DNA of 62,543 nt, filler included, from Choristocarpus tenellus KU-1152 (taxonomy: Eukaryota > Protista > Phaeophyceae), in assembly GCA_964200185.2 (NCBI GenBank). It is 9 parts of 9 records of this genome, joined end to end, with 100 filler letters (N's around TTAATTAATTAA, not from the genome) between each part and the next. Parts side by side here need not be neighbours in the genome. Positions count along the whole stretch, not along the records: positions 1 to 3,494 come from CAXNAD020019647.1; positions 3,595 to 7,983 come from CAXNAD020014785.1; positions 8,084 to 10,825 come from CAXNAD020025138.1; positions 10,926 to 18,625 come from CAXNAD020005729.1; 5 more parts are not named here. One strand, written 5' to 3'. Positions 1 to 11,620 of the stretch are shown piece by piece (within the stretch, counting starts at the first letter, position 1; each line of letters begins with the position of its first letter). The notes beneath the pieces were generated by a model. It did not search any database and was not told where the DNA came from. It saw only the letters and a program-made list of their open reading frames with translations. A program made the translations under genes and the position numbers.

Positions 1-261
1 CCCCCCCAGGGCAGTTTGTGTTTTTTTTTGAGAAACTGTAAATGTTGAGCCGACCATGAATGGTGTGGTAAGTGGGGTGAATTCCAATGGTAGATGAGTA
101 GGTTACTCCGCCAGTCGCAGAGTTTGTTATTTTTTTGTGGTGTGGTTATTGGTTACTGGTTATTGTCACTGTTTTACTTTCATGAGTACCACTGATACAC
201 ACTTCACTGCCAATTGCACCCCCTTTACTATCCCACAAATTGTTGGCAACGTGATTTGCAG

Positions 262-804
262 TACCTGTAACACAGACCAGTTCCCGGGCCAACCCTGGAG
301 CCCTAGCTCCCAACAACAGAAGTGGTCTTTGTCAGTGCCACTCATGCTAAGGATGTTGCTTTGAACTGTAGGGTGGAGTGCATGACCAGTTTGAATATAT
401 CAATAGCGATATTTCAACCTCTCCCATCTCCTTCATACATGGAGTGTCAATCACAGATAGGGAGGTTGGGACTTTATGTGATCCCCCCACACCCACACAC
501 ACACACACTCACAACAAAGCAAATACTCTGGAGTACCTCTTAAGCCACATCTAGCCGTTAGAAAAACACGTTTGTCCTCCAAACCTTGACTACACAATGT
601 ACATTGATATCCCTTCCATGTTGGCATCACCCTCTGAACCCACCTAACGTCCTTTGTCCCGATTGATGTCGTTGTTGCAGGACATGGGTGCAAAGTCTCT
701 CTCCGATGGTCACAATGATGTTTACGAAGGTAACATCCGCTTTGAGATACGCTCTCCATCTGCACAGAAGGAGGGTGGTGTCCATGACCTTCACTCCTAC
801 TCAC
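262..804 (-). pseudogene. Degenerate RING/zinc-finger-like coding remnant
   Basis: Minus-strand ORF has CTLC..ARCG..LLC followed by a GTGAGT donor. A phase-compatible exon near 262-365 gives ..HFCCWE. Several expected metal ligands are missing. Confidence 0.25.
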
Positions 805-1798
805 GTAAACTCTTTGCTTAGTGCTTAGCTTGATGTTCTCAGTGCAGGACTCTGTACTTGCAGTGGACTAGCCAAGTGCTGTACTGGTAGCAGTTGGTGC
901 ATCTATCATACTTACTCCCTTACAGGGCTTTGTTTTTGTTGTGGAGGGGGTTAGATGTGCACTGCATGTTTCATCTTTTTGTTGTGCAAAGTAATGCAAC
1001 CGTGCCCTGGTGGGTTTTTTTATGGTTTTGTGGAGTGTAGTATTGTGTGCAAATATCCTGTGGTATCCTTGTTTCTTACAGTAGTCCGGGGCACAGGGAG
1101 GGGTTAGGATTAGGTGTCACGGAAAAAAGAGACTTGTGTTGTGTGAGAGAGGTTGGGTAGGTAGAACTCTTGTTTGCGTCTTGAAGGCAAGCACACACAC
1201 ACACACACATACCCACTCACAAACTTGGCATGTTTCTATGAAGTGGGTTAGGGTGGACAGATGTTTGGCTGGCTGGAGCACCGTCATCGTGCACAGTCAA
1301 TAGATGGAAGGGTAGAGGTTTGACTCGCTCTGAGTTGTTTGAGATTGTTGTCTGTAGGTGTGTGTGTGAGGGGGAATAGGGTGGATACAGTAGAGGCCGC
1401 TCCGATCGTCGCTGGTAGAATCATGAGGCGTTCAGTCAATGTGAAGGTGAAGGTGAGGAGTTTTGCCAGTATGAGTTATATTGCCGTTGTTACAGCACTT
1501 CATCATACTGCACGATTCTGTGCTCAACCATCCGTGAGTGAACTTTGTACATGGTGGATCTAGAGGTTGTCATGCAACAACTAATGGGGAGCTTTTCTTT
1601 TCTATTTTTAGGTTAGTTTTGCCCTGGTGGTAATGTCATTGTATTTGTTCGTTTTGTCCTGAGTGATTGGCAGAGTTGATGGCAACAAGCACAAGAATCA
1701 ATCTGCCGCCTGCAACTTAAGCATCAATAAAAAAAAAAAGTTCTACAAGAGGTAGTTTCAATGGGAGACACTTTTCATTCATCATCTACCTGAGTGAA

Positions 1799-2031
1799 TC
1801 TTAGAGGGTACGAATTTTGCCTTGTTTGTCCATTTGGGGCTTGGCTTTCCATGGGGTTTTTTATGACATTTTCTCACTCCAAAATGTTGAGGAGTAGGTA
1901 AAATGTGTACATTATGAAAAGGTGTGTCCGAAACATGCTGACAATTCCTAACAAACACGATAGCCAAAATTACATAAAAATATCAACATTGGATTTTGAC
2001 CCCCAAATGAACACGGTGCTACCCTCTAAGA
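1799..2031. mobile_element. MITE / non-autonomous TIR DNA transposon, copy 1
   Basis: Terminal inverted repeats TCTTAGAGGGTA (1799-1810) and TACCCTCTAAGA (2020-2031). The whole element aligns in reverse orientation with 36342-36578 on another contig. Confidence 0.8.
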
Positions 2032-3298
2032 GACTTTGGCTCACCTACCTGCCGGCGCTTTTCCGAGAAGTGATAGAATAGAGAGAGGGTTATTGATCGT
2101 GTCCTCAGCATTGTGAGTAACCCAGGGCTCTTCTTGTTGTCTCTATACATTATTGCGCTGGAAATTATGAGAAGGCCTTGAGAACATATCTGCCCTGCCC
2201 CCTTCACCCAGGGGTCTGCCGGACCCTGCATCACACTGCTTTTATGTACAGAGTTTTTAAACGATGGTACCTGGGCTGTTGATACCAATTTGTTTGCGCC
2301 AGAAGTGGTGTTTCTCACCAATTCTTACCTCCCCTTACTATGAATACCTTCATAGTGCCCTGCCTGCATCTATCTGGACGTTTTTTCTCAGACCAAATTT
2401 CCTGAGTATTTTCATGTACATAGGTGAAAAAGGCACTCCAATCATTTGAAGGCGGTGTAGGAGAGAAGTCATGTAGAGTTGAAACCGTTTGTGCTATTAG
2501 TAGTGAGATGGTATTATGTGTTACATGCAATGCGCAGATTTCCCAACTTAGTACAACCAGATAATATGAGTACAAAACACACTAGTCACAGTGACGCCCG
2601 AACTTGCGATCAGCCTAAACTGAAACTTGTTGAAATCCAAACAAGTCTTGGGTTGAAAGATCTCTTGCCTTCCTACTCCCTGAATTCTATTATTACTTAT
2701 ATTCTCTATTGCTACAACAGTACAATAATAGGTGATGATATTCCTTAATAAAATTGACACAATAGATAAGTGTCAGAGCCTTGCTGTCCCAATTTTGTTT
2801 TTTTATACTAAGTGTAAAATATATCGGGACATACATGGGTATCGATCTTAGCAAGAGCGACAAACGGTTTTAGGTCTTCGTAAATATGCCCAGTATTTTG
2901 CACCGTGGATAACTCGAAGAATGATGTTTCCAGTAATTTAGAACCATATATATACTATGCACGTCGCACGTGATGTCCACCACGCACGATCACACGTCAT
3001 GATACAAAGCTTCCTCAAAGAAAGGTAAGTTATGAATTTTTAAGGAGGCAGCGATATTCGGAGACTTGCAAAGAGGTTTTTGATTCATCGTAAGCACCGC
3101 ACATGCAACTACTGTAGTGTGACTAATGTGTGCGAGAACTGTCGGTTACAAAAAGAAGGAATCCGTATGATTCCAGTTGGGTTTTTTGCGTTCCGCTTAA
3201 CCAAAACCAATAGCAAGAAAGTTATTCATGTTTTCCATATTTTTCTCAACCCTAATTTTCTACATTCGAACTCACGCGTGCAATGCACACGAACTTAG

Positions 3299-3404
3299 CA
3301 CACATGTTTCCCATTTCGCTCTCAGAGATCACCTTTTGGTTGACCTTGAATCATGTTTACATGGCTTCAAGGCCGATCAGAGGGGGGGGTGATGTGGAAA
3401 GCAT
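3299..3404. repeat. ~105-bp dispersed repeat
   Basis: Close match to the reverse complement of 44578-44685 (CACATGTTTCCCATTTCG...GGTTGACCTTGAATCATGTTTACATGGCTTCAAGGCCGATCAG...GTGGAAAGCAT). Confidence 0.85.
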
Positions 3405-3494
3405 TTTTGTCTGCCATTGATCACCTTACTCGTTTTGTTGAGCTGAGCCCTATTCCAAATAAAGAGGCCACAACAATTGCTCGTACGCTGGTAG
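3401..3494 (+). mobile_element. Ty3/Gypsy-type LTR retrotransposon integrase core fragment
   Basis: Translates as AFLSAIDHLTRFVELSPIPNKEATTIARTLV, matching the rve pattern xxxDxxTRFxExxPxxxxxAxxxAxxL. Cut by the contig end. Confidence 0.75.
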
Positions 3495-3594
3495 NNNNNN
3501 NNNNNNNNNNNNNNNNNNNNNNNNNNNNNNNNNNNNNNTTAATTAATTAANNNNNNNNNNNNNNNNNNNNNNNNNNNNNNNNNNNNNNNNNNNN
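3495..3594. other. Artificial contig-joining spacer (44 N + TTAATTAATTAA + 44 N)
   Basis: The same 100-nt block recurs at 3495-3594, 7984-8083, 10826-10925, 18626-18725, 33358-33457, 37196-37295, 45811-45910 and 59806-59905. It carries stops in all six frames and truncates genes on either side. Confidence 0.98.
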
Positions 3595-4134
3595 GTGTTT
3601 TTTGACCTGTTGGGGGTGGTTGATTGCGGGGGGGGGGGATGAGGAGTGTGTGTGTGTGTTTTTTTGGTGAGATTCGTTTTTAAATGCTTAGGTCTGCTTT
3701 GTGAACGCCATTTTGGTTGTGTACTCCCGGCATGAATCGCGCGTTGTCTTCATTCAGCTTTCGAGATGGGGGGGAGGGGGGGGGGGGGGGGGGGGGGTAT
3801 TTTTTTTTTTTGAATTTTTTTTTTTTTTTTTTGGGGTTTTTTTGTTGGGCGCCCGTTTTGTTGTTTGCTCCCGNNNNNNNNNNTTTTTTTTTTCGTAGGG
3901 GGGAGGGTGTATGCGGGTTTGGGTGGTGTGGGTGTGTTTGTTGGTGGGGGGGGGGGGGGGGGGGGGGGGGGGGGAAGTGTAATTTTTTTTTGTGAAATTT
4001 TTTTTTTTATTTTCAGGGTTGATTTAGTGAGCGCCTGTTTGGTTGAGTGCTCCCGGCACGAGAATATTTCTTTTTATTGTGTTGCTTGTGTCCGTTACAC
4101 TTTGATGTAGATTGATGTTAATTGATGGTGGTAT

Positions 4135-4170
<36 letters not shown>

Positions 4171-4379
4171 GTCTCCTAGGGGGACTTAATTGGATTTTTT
4201 GGAAGTTTTTTGGGGGGGCAATGATGAATGCATTCTGAGTCCCTTTGGTAGTGATAAGAGATACGTTGGGAGATGTGGTTCTCTCCCTCTCATTCATATA
4301 TATTATTTTTTCAACTTTTTTTCTACTCTGGTCACTCTTTTTTTTCTTTCTTGTTTCAATATCTGTCAATATCTGTCAG

Positions 4380-6599
4380 GTTTACGATCGGAATGGAGTG
4401 GAATTGGCCCATTTTGTCAAGGGAGATCCCTACCTCAAGGTAATTCAATCTTTCTTTTGAATTATAGAAAAAACATCCCTGTTTTTTCTTTCTTATTTCT
4501 CTGATCTCTGCCTTAACCTTTACAGATCCCTCCTTTACAGATCCCTCCCCCCCTCCCACACACACTATTTCTTTAATTGAGTGATGTGCAGTGGTATTAT
4601 GCTATGTGGGTAAGTGGTCGTCTCTTACATGAATTTTGAAAATTTTAATAAATTTCTCAATGATTTTGATGGCATCATTCCCACTCTACCGCACTTGTGT
4701 GCGTTTTTGTGCGTTTTTTTTTTTTAATTTGGAAAAGGAATGGAAAGACCATTTTTTTCTTTTTAGCAAGTTCAACATTTTCTATTTATTTTTACTAGCG
4801 TATGGAATATGGTTTGCGATCATTAAAAAAAATATATGTTTTTGATTTTAAAGTCACTCTCAAGAAAAGGAAGGTGCTATCACTTCCTTCCCTTAAATAT
4901 ATACGCCTTGCAAGCTTGCAATGGCGCCTTGATTCATCCTCTTGAAGGTCAAAACAATAGTAAGAGCTAGTTCGTGTCATGTACTCTCCTCTCCTCTCCG
5001 ATTGTATGCACGTCTTCACCTGTGTTGATTATTTTATTATTTTGAAAAGAAATTTTGTAACTTTCCGAATGTGTCCATAGTGCACAATTGACTGCCCGTG
5101 TGGGGCGGAGGCAGAGAGAGAGCACTCTGTTTGCGTTTTCGAGTCTGCGTTTTCTTGACGCACGAGTTAGGGATAGGGATAGGGTTAGGGTTAGGGTTAG
5201 GGTTGGAAATCATATCCCTGACTTTCGGTGGGTTGGTTGAGGTTGGTATTAGTAAGAAGATTGATGATGTTGATATCGCGCATTCTCTCGTGCGTTCTCT
5301 CGTGTGTTCTCTCGTGCGTGTGTCTTCTGCGTGCTCTCTTGTGAATTGACCTGGACTATACGTGTCTTATTCTTTTTGTTTATGTATAATTTTTTTTACT
5401 GGGTTTGAAACAGAAAACCTAGAAATGATGTGAAAAGATTATAGTATTTTTATTGTGTGTGTGTGCATGTGTGTGTGTGTTTGTGGGCTCAGGTTATTTG
5501 CAGGCATTTATTTATGATGACAGGTACAATTATTATCAATAGCTTTGGTTCTAGTGACAGTTACACGTATGAAAGTATAAAATTATATTTTTTTTGGCTT
5601 TAGGTACCAATACACCGTACCATACTTTCTTCTGATTTTTGGTTAAAGGTTGAGACAAAAAAAGGTACAATGTGTAGAAATAGCAACAAGTCAAACCCCA
5701 TGGTATCGTCAAGTAGTTTTAAGTGAACAAGAGGGTGGGCTCCCCTTGCCATACTCCACAACCTAACCATTACTTGAGCCCTTCCGTACTAACCCTAACC
5801 CTAACCCTTCCCTCATCCACCCCCCGGTACTCTTTTTCATTTTTCTTTGGTTGTGTTTGTTTTTACTGTAGGATATGGCTCGTACCAAGGGGCATGTAAC
5901 CAGGGTCACGGGTGGGGACTGGCATCCTCACCTGAGGAACCAGGTGTTGACCTGCTCGATTGATGGTTCTGTGAGAACTTGGGACCTCAATGGCCCCCTG
6001 AGCTTTGACAATCTCATGTGCAAACAGGTTTGCATTCTTTTCTTCTTTTTTTTTTTTTGGGGGGGGGGGGGTAAGCAGTCGTTGATCTGCTGGGTGGTTT
6101 ATACCATGTTTAAGGGAGTATGGTACTGAGGTAGAGTCAATTGTAGTGTGATTGGTTGGTTGGTTACGGCAGTTGTAGATGCAGGGTTAGGGTTAGGGTT
6201 AGGGTGATCTGTTGACAAGATGAACATTTCTTTAATGGCAATGGTGATGGAGGATGTGTTCACCATTTTTACAACCTTTATATTTTTATTTATGATACTA
6301 GTAGTAATGATATTCTCATTTCTCAAAAATTGATTTTGTCAACTTGATTTTGTCTTGTCAACTAGCCTCACATGCCCCCTCCCCCACATGATGTCCATCC
6401 ATCTGTCCATTTCCCTCCCCCCCCCTCCCAGGTGTTGAAGTTGAGGTCAAAAAAGGGCCTCAAGCTTGGCTGTACAGCAGCAGTATATCAACCGGAGGGG
6501 AAGGGAGTGGCAGCGGGGGGACAGGATGGATCTATCCATCTCATCCCTCTCGACAAGCCTTTTGCAAGGGCAGATGTGGTTAGGGATGCTCATAAAGAG
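4380..6599 (+). CDS. WDR70: WD40-repeat protein WDR70 homolog, internal exons (partial)
   Basis: Phase-0 GT-AG exons 4380-4439, 5872-6027 and 6432-6599 give VYDRNGVELAHFVKGDPYLK-DMARTKGHVTRVTGGDWHP...TCSIDGSVRTWD...AAGGQDGSIHL. This matches the WDR70 signature DRxG...KGDxY..DMxxTKGH. Confidence 0.88.
5167..5203 (+). repeat. Interstitial telomeric repeat (TTAGGG)n with ATAGGG variants, in a WDR70 intron
   Basis: TTAGGGATAGGGATAGGGTTAGGGTTAGGGTTAGGG. Similar short arrays lie at ~5790, ~6184, ~47990, ~52036, ~52201, ~53100, ~53890, ~58311 and ~58840. Confidence 0.9.
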
Positions 6600-6783
6600 G
6601 TGGGAGGTGTTGTGGTGATAAAATATAGTATATTTTTATATTTATTGTCTTGGCAGTGGTTGGAGTTGGTGTTCCCCCTCCCTGAGCAAGAGTGTGCCTC
6701 CAAGTATCTGAGACGTTTGTGTGGGTAGGGTAGGGTAGGGTATGGTTTGGATGGNNNNNNNNNGAGATGGTTGGGGGGGGGGT

Positions 6784-6837
<54 letters not shown>

Positions 6838-9800
6838 AGCATTGACTTTGAGGTAGGGTTAAGATTCAGACAGGTGGGTGAGGAGGGAGTGGTGTTGGTG
6901 TCCTCCCCTCCCCTTCCCCTTCCCTTCCCAAGTACTCAAATTCTCTGAGAGAGAATTTGATTTGTGTGAATGGGAGTTCATTGAGGCGTGGTGTAGTTGA
7001 CAATATAATTATTTTTCATCTTCATTTTTATTATTGCCAATATTATTCTTTCATTATCATTTTTATTATTACCCCCCTTCCCAAGTATTTTATTCGGGTG
7101 AGAGGGTGTTGATGTGTGGTGTATTTGACAATATTAGTGTTACCTATGTTTAAAAGGGTTTGGAAAGGTGCTAGTGTTAAGGTTTTTTGTTGGAGGGGAA
7201 AGGGGGAATCAAATGATGGTCAGGTGTATGATCCTTTTGGGGGAGTTGGAGTAGTAGTGGTTCTTTGTTTTGAAATACCCAATCACTGTCCATCTTTCTT
7301 GTAGCCTTGTTGAGGCCATGCTATTGAATACTTGCAACTGTACTTGTTTGGATGAAGGAGTGTGATGTGATGTGATGTGATGTGATGGGTACAACCACAG
7401 CTGTACTCGGTGGTATATGAGTTTCCCAATTTAAAGCTTGCACTACAGTTAGGCTTTTTTGGGGCTACTGTGGTCAACCCTCCTTTGGCTGTGTGGGTGT
7501 TTGTTGTGTTCTTATCATTCCTGAGTACGATTTGCATTCCCTCATGTCAACCTTATCTTATTTTTTTATTTTGCATGTTCCATTGCATTACTTGGATAAT
7601 CATTTTTTTATTTTTATGATCCGCTGTAAAAATAACTTCTTTTTTTCAGAAAGCTTTTTTTTTTTCCTTTGTTGGGAATTGATAAATTTTCTAGAACATT
7701 TGTTGGTAAATGATGTTTCGTATTAGTGGGTATTTGTATTTGTATTTGTGTGTGTGTGTGAGAGAGAGAGAGTGTGTGTGCACAATGTGTGCAATGTGTA
7801 TTGAATCTGGTTACACCTTCCGTCGATACGACGATAACGCAACTCAATGGCATACAAACTCCCTGCATTATGTAACAATCCACAGGAGTCCAAACCCTTA
7901 CTGTAACCTCCCCCCCCCCCCCCCCCACAAAAAAAGATCTTTGTTTTTGTTTGTGGGTGGGGTTGTGGGGAGGGGGGGGGGGGNNNNNNNNNNNNNNNNN
8001 NNNNNNNNNNNNNNNNNNNNNNNNNNNTTAATTAATTAANNNNNNNNNNNNNNNNNNNNNNNNNNNNNNNNNNNNNNNNNNNNTTAAAATATACGCAAAA
8101 AAAAAAATTTTTTCCCGCAACCGTCTCCCCCTCCAAACCCCCCCCCCCCCCCCCCCAGATACTTTGGGTCAGATGCATTGACTTTCCAGCCTACCTCTAT
8201 ATGTCCACCCTTACTCTGTATATCTGTATCAGACCCCTTTGTTCTCTTGGATTTAATCAAAGTGCGTGTTTGTGTTTGGGGTATCTTGTCACTTTCAGGG
8301 ACGGGCTCTTTCTCTCACCACGCCAGGATTACGGTGCAACTCCATCATGGGCTCAGAAGCTGGACTGAGTACCTTTTGTGCAAATCGAAGAGTACTGTTT
8401 GGTGGTGTATACCAGTCGAAACAAGCTCTTCAGGTTATCATGAGAAGTGTATGGGTGTATGATCCTGAAGGTACTGAAATATCCAGTTGGGTATCCGATA
8501 AATGGAGTCTTTAGATTCGTTTCTCTTCGCTAAATATATTTTGCTGATATTCATCACTTGGGAGGCAAAGAATACAACAAAATCAACAAAAACAGTGTCT
8601 ATTTGTTTCTGTAAAGTTTTTCGCATACACCAGGAGATGTGTAGTTGAGAAAAAGAAGAGAGGGGGTCAAAGTACGTGAGAGGGGGTTGCCACCATGTTT
8701 TATGGGCCCCTGTGACTTTCTTGTGGCGATGATTTGGAGGACTTGGTCTGCAGGTGGGGTGTGTGTGCATTTTGACTTTTCTGTGGGTACACACAGTTTG
8801 CAGAAGCAAGTTGTCTCTATTGATGCCCTTTTCCAAATGCCTTTATCTTCTTACAGGGAAAGATGAAAAGATCCCTTTTAAACTCAAAATAGGGAAAACT
8901 CATCCCTCTCTCGGTTACTTTGTGACTCAAAGAAAAAAGAGGCCTACTGTGAAGAGACAAATGTACTTGAGACTGCTTCAATATTGAAACTTACCCATTC
9001 ACTGAGTATATAGAATTTCATGCAAACTTCCATACCTTTCTTCTGAATTGTTGTGGTGAGGGGAACATGTACCAATTTACAAGGACAAAGAATACAACCA
9101 TCAGTATCAACTGAGGCAGCTCAAGCAACAACACTGCCACCACCACTGTTTGCGGAATACTTTTTTCTCAATGCATTTCTCTTCTTGAGTTGATATTTCT
9201 AGTGTAACTATGTTTTCATCTTTCCTTTCATTTCCTTTGTGTTTCATGTGACATGCGATATTTTTTAGCTTCAATAGACTTGGTATGACGGATTTTTTGA
9301 CGGTATTTCGTGTATTATACCTTGGTTCTGTTGATTTCTCTCGCATTATAGATACAATACTGGGTTCTTTCTCTTCTTTATTCCTCTTCATTTTCTCCCT
9401 TTTTTTTCAGTGCTTTTTTCTTCTATAGCACTTGCTGTATCTTTCCAGTAGTGTGTGTTACCTGCTTTGGACTGCCTATTGACCCCGCAGCACGTCTGAA
9501 CGTGAAAAATAAGCACTCTATATTTCAATAAATATTATGATAGTAGTAAACAAACGTGAACAAAACAATATAAAAATATTGATACACTGATTTAAAGAAC
9601 AATATCTTTACATATATTATTCTACCCACTCACATTTTGTAGATGTCCTGGGGGGGACCAAGATGAACATATATATATCGTATATACTCGGAGTATATAT
9701 TTATTTTCCTCAAGTTCAGATTTTAAACTTCTTGCTCAACTTCTCACTCCATAGTTCCTATTTACTTCCATTACAAGGATTATGCCCACCTATTAATTCC

Positions 9801-10184
9801 TACTTCAAAGTACAGTGTTGCAAGGCATGGTTTTATGCACCACCAACACGCTCAGGCTCAGGCTCAGGCTGCATTGCCTCAATTAACTCGGTCATCTTTG
9901 TCCCAGGGTCCCAATGCTCAATATTCGGTATGGCATACCAGGTACCCAATGTATCTTCTTGACCTCCATTTCTTGCTTGTTATCGATCGTACCATATCTC
10001 GTGTCTCCTTAGCCTCCAGCTTCCATTTGTGTCGAAGGTGCAGCAGGTCCACTTGGTTGGGATGACGATGATGCTACTATTTTGACAGAAGCTACCACTG
10101 AGCGCATATAAGTATGACATTATATGATGATCGACCTCTTTGTACGAATATCTCAGTCGTGCCCGAGATATCGTTTGTTGCGAT

Positions 10185-10220
<36 letters not shown>

Positions 10221-10631
10221 ACCCTGTCAGATACGCCGATCTGCATTTATCTATTTTCTCGGGCAAGTTGTTGGACTTGTAACACATCGCAGTGGGCGAA
10301 AGGGGCAAGGGGTAGGTGGGAACCGGTCGTGGGACACACGCGGCAGGCAGTACAGAAAGACCACAAGGGATAAAAAAGATCAACAGCGAAAAGATCAACA
10401 ATGGGCTGACTGACGATGAACCAAACAAAGGAAACTCGGTAACTTGGTAGATCAGAAGAGTCATCAGGCGATCATGGAACAACGACAACACTCCATCACC
10501 CACCGTTGGCAATTAGCCTCTCTTCTGCTTGATTGAATTCCATGTAGACCCGCATCATGAAAGCGCGTTCGGGATCAAACTCTCTCTTCAGCACCGTTAT
10601 TCTATGGTTTCCCTACAGTGTACGTCCTTGA

Positions 10632-10825
10632 ATGGCAAGCGCAGTTTCGAAACTCGGCAACATCACATGCACGGAGATGGTGCGTCCCCTGAGCGAGCGT
10701 GGCCTTGCGCGCGTCAGCAAGTCCATCCGTGAAAAAGGCTGGCTGGAGCAGTTTGCTCCGTCTGTCGTCATCCAACGAGACTGCTTAGGCATCGGGAACC
10801 AGCTTACCTGTGCTTGCCTAAGCAG
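10632..10825 (+). other. Coding fragment resembling the N-terminal part of a ParB/sulfiredoxin-like domain
   Basis: VRPLSERGLARVSKSIREKGWLEQFAPSVVI fits the pattern R....l..l..SI...G.l....vV. The contig ends before any diagnostic DGxHR motif. Confidence 0.35.
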
Positions 10826-11139
10826 NNNNNNNNNNNNNNNNNNNNNNNNNNNNNNNNNNNNNNNNNNNNTTAATTAATTAANNNNNNNNNNNNNNNNNNN
10901 NNNNNNNNNNNNNNNNNNNNNNNNNAAACCCCCGCGGAAAAGGGCCAGGGGGGAGGGGGACACCACATCAGTGGGTGGGGGGGGGGGGGGGGGGGTCTAC
11001 ACCAGAGGGTGTCCATTTGGGCCATGGCCACGAGAAGTATACTTACATTATCCATCCAACGTATGTAACCAAATCATCCAAAAATCGCGACATGAAAAAA
11101 TTGACCCCGAATGAACAGCCGCCACCCCCCCCAGACACT

Positions 11140-11620
11140 TTGAGGCCCATATCGAACAGGTGTCAGGTGACTAGTTACAGGAGGCAAAACATAGACACCA
11201 AACATGCACGAACTGCCCTAGGGCTGGAGGTCAGGTTCGCCAACACACACCGATGGTGAAACATCTGGATCAACTTTGCAAAGGAATGGGCATCTCCTGC
11301 ACTATGGATGGAGGATGGTACCCCATTCACAGTGGACAGGAATTGCCGCATGGATCTGGTCTTCCATGCAGGGGCACTTGCGGATGCCAGATCAGCTCCC
11401 TACCGAGACAAAGGCCTCCTCCTCAATGTTACGTTTGCAGAAGAGCAAGCGGCCTCCCACCCACCTCACTCATCCACCAGCAATGGTGTAGCTGCTGCTG
11501 CAGCTGAGGCGCGAAAGTGCACCTACTGCAAGGGATTTTTTTACCCCCGTAGCACTATCTCGACGTGTCATGCGTTTTAAGGTGGAGACACCAAGGAGAT
11601 GGACAAGAAGGGGTGTGTTA
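11140..11620 (+). mobile_element. 3' end of a non-LTR retrotransposon with zinc knuckle and restriction-like endonuclease (CRE/R2 group), degenerate
   Basis: Across frameshifts it reads DTKHAR.CPRAGGQVRQH..MVKHL (CCHC remnant), then EDGTPFTVDRNCRMDLV...LLLNVTF...GVAAAAAEARK, the RxD...lDVt...EarK RLE pattern. Confidence 0.8.

Noticed and set aside
3595-4110. Three copies of GTGAGCGCC...CTCCCG and Gly/Phe-rich ORFs
   Set aside because: They lie among poly-G/poly-T runs and Ns at a contig start, and are most likely low-quality reads of one sequence.
6770-6840. Long poly-G/poly-C tracts as G-quadruplex elements or poly-Gly/Pro ORFs
   Set aside because: Most coincide with Ns or contig ends, so their lengths are unreliable, and no coding context was seen.
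10225-10460. Possible LTR starting TGTCAG with a PBS-like TGGTAGATCAGA
   Set aside because: The PBS match needs an insertion, no second LTR is present and no gag/pol motif follows.
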